Source of the DNA: Patescibacteria group bacterium
GTDB lineage: Bacteria; Patescibacteriota; Microgenomatia; UBA1400; PJMF01
Length of the DNA: 64,000 nucleotides
Assembly: GCA_023382875.1 (NCBI GenBank)
Contig: JAHDXH010000001.1
Span: 18,571-82,570 of the forward strand
Reading direction: 5' to 3'
Shown here: one piece after another, positions 63,978 to 64,000 of the stretch
How positions within the stretch are numbered: position 1 is the first letter of the stretch
Layout: each line of letters begins with the position of its first letter
Made by a program: the position numbers and the translations under genes
The notes under the pieces: generated by a model
Seen by the model: only the letters and a program-made list of their open reading frames with translations
The model's database searches: none
Told to the model about the DNA's origin: nothing

Positions 63978-64000
63978 TTTATTTTGGCAGCATTAAAGAA

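Noticed and set aside
1-64000. CRISPR arrays, IS elements, integrases and prophage structural genes
   Set aside because: No array of short direct repeats with spacers and no transposase/integrase-like ORF was seen on either strand. The only holin-like gene (52181-52525) is the widespread DUF360 membrane protein, with no phage context.

Overview
The window is AT-rich (about 36-38% GC by eye) and densely packed with short genes. Genes overlap and some are translationally coupled. Several consensus sigma70 promoters and clean intrinsic terminators are visible. It looks like a fragment of a small-genome bacterium, possibly CPR-like. All genes are readable with the standard genetic code. I support about 70 CDSs, two tRNAs, several promoters and terminators, and two regulatory RNAs.

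Gene content in order:
- 0-11 kb: serS 3' end, a GT39/ArnT-like glycosyltransferase, a short cytoplasmic histidine kinase with a convergent OmpR-type regulator, hflX, tRNA-Gln, an HD hydrolase, a short uvrC, a secreted transglutaminase-like protein, an epimerase and maf.
- 11.4-12.6 kb: a roughly 1 kb GC-rich island (about 55-58% GC) encoding a 7-TM membrane protein.
- 12.6-20.6 kb: a metal-homeostasis cluster. It holds a CopA P1B-ATPase with an unusual C-terminal MacB/FtsX-like periplasmic domain, an HMA-permease-cupredoxin fusion, an ArsR-family regulator with a C-terminal TRASH/YHS domain, an FTR1-like permease coupled to a DUF62-like gene, and a YibE/F protein with a His-rich tail.
- 20.6-26 kb: an HD-like protein, an orphan ORF, an MFS transporter, udk and two large unknown proteins.
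- 26-36 kb: a cell-envelope polysaccharide cluster (acyltransferase_3, two ABC exporters, GT2, pyruvyl-transferase-like, DUF218, wzm/wzt-like).
- 36-46 kb: SpoU methylase, peptidase E, a class II tRNA with an odd ACU anticodon, CBS/permease, HxlR plus FMN reductase, VOC, CaCA, PQQ sugar dehydrogenase and GT4.
- 46.5-50.7 kb: a second convergent histidine-kinase-like/regulator pair, a large PAS sensor kinase and a receiver.
- 51-53.5 kb: small stress/membrane proteins and a divergent HIT pair.
- 53.5-62 kb: an arginine/citrulline-flavoured neighbourhood (argG, two amidinotransferase-fold enzymes, M20 deacetylase-like).

The strongest hunt result is two homologous T-box-like leader RNAs. One sits upstream of argG. 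The other, with a perfect consensus promoter, controls an uncharacterised operon (396-aa unknown, BtpA-family TIM barrel, PfkB kinase). No CRISPR array or obvious mobile element was seen.
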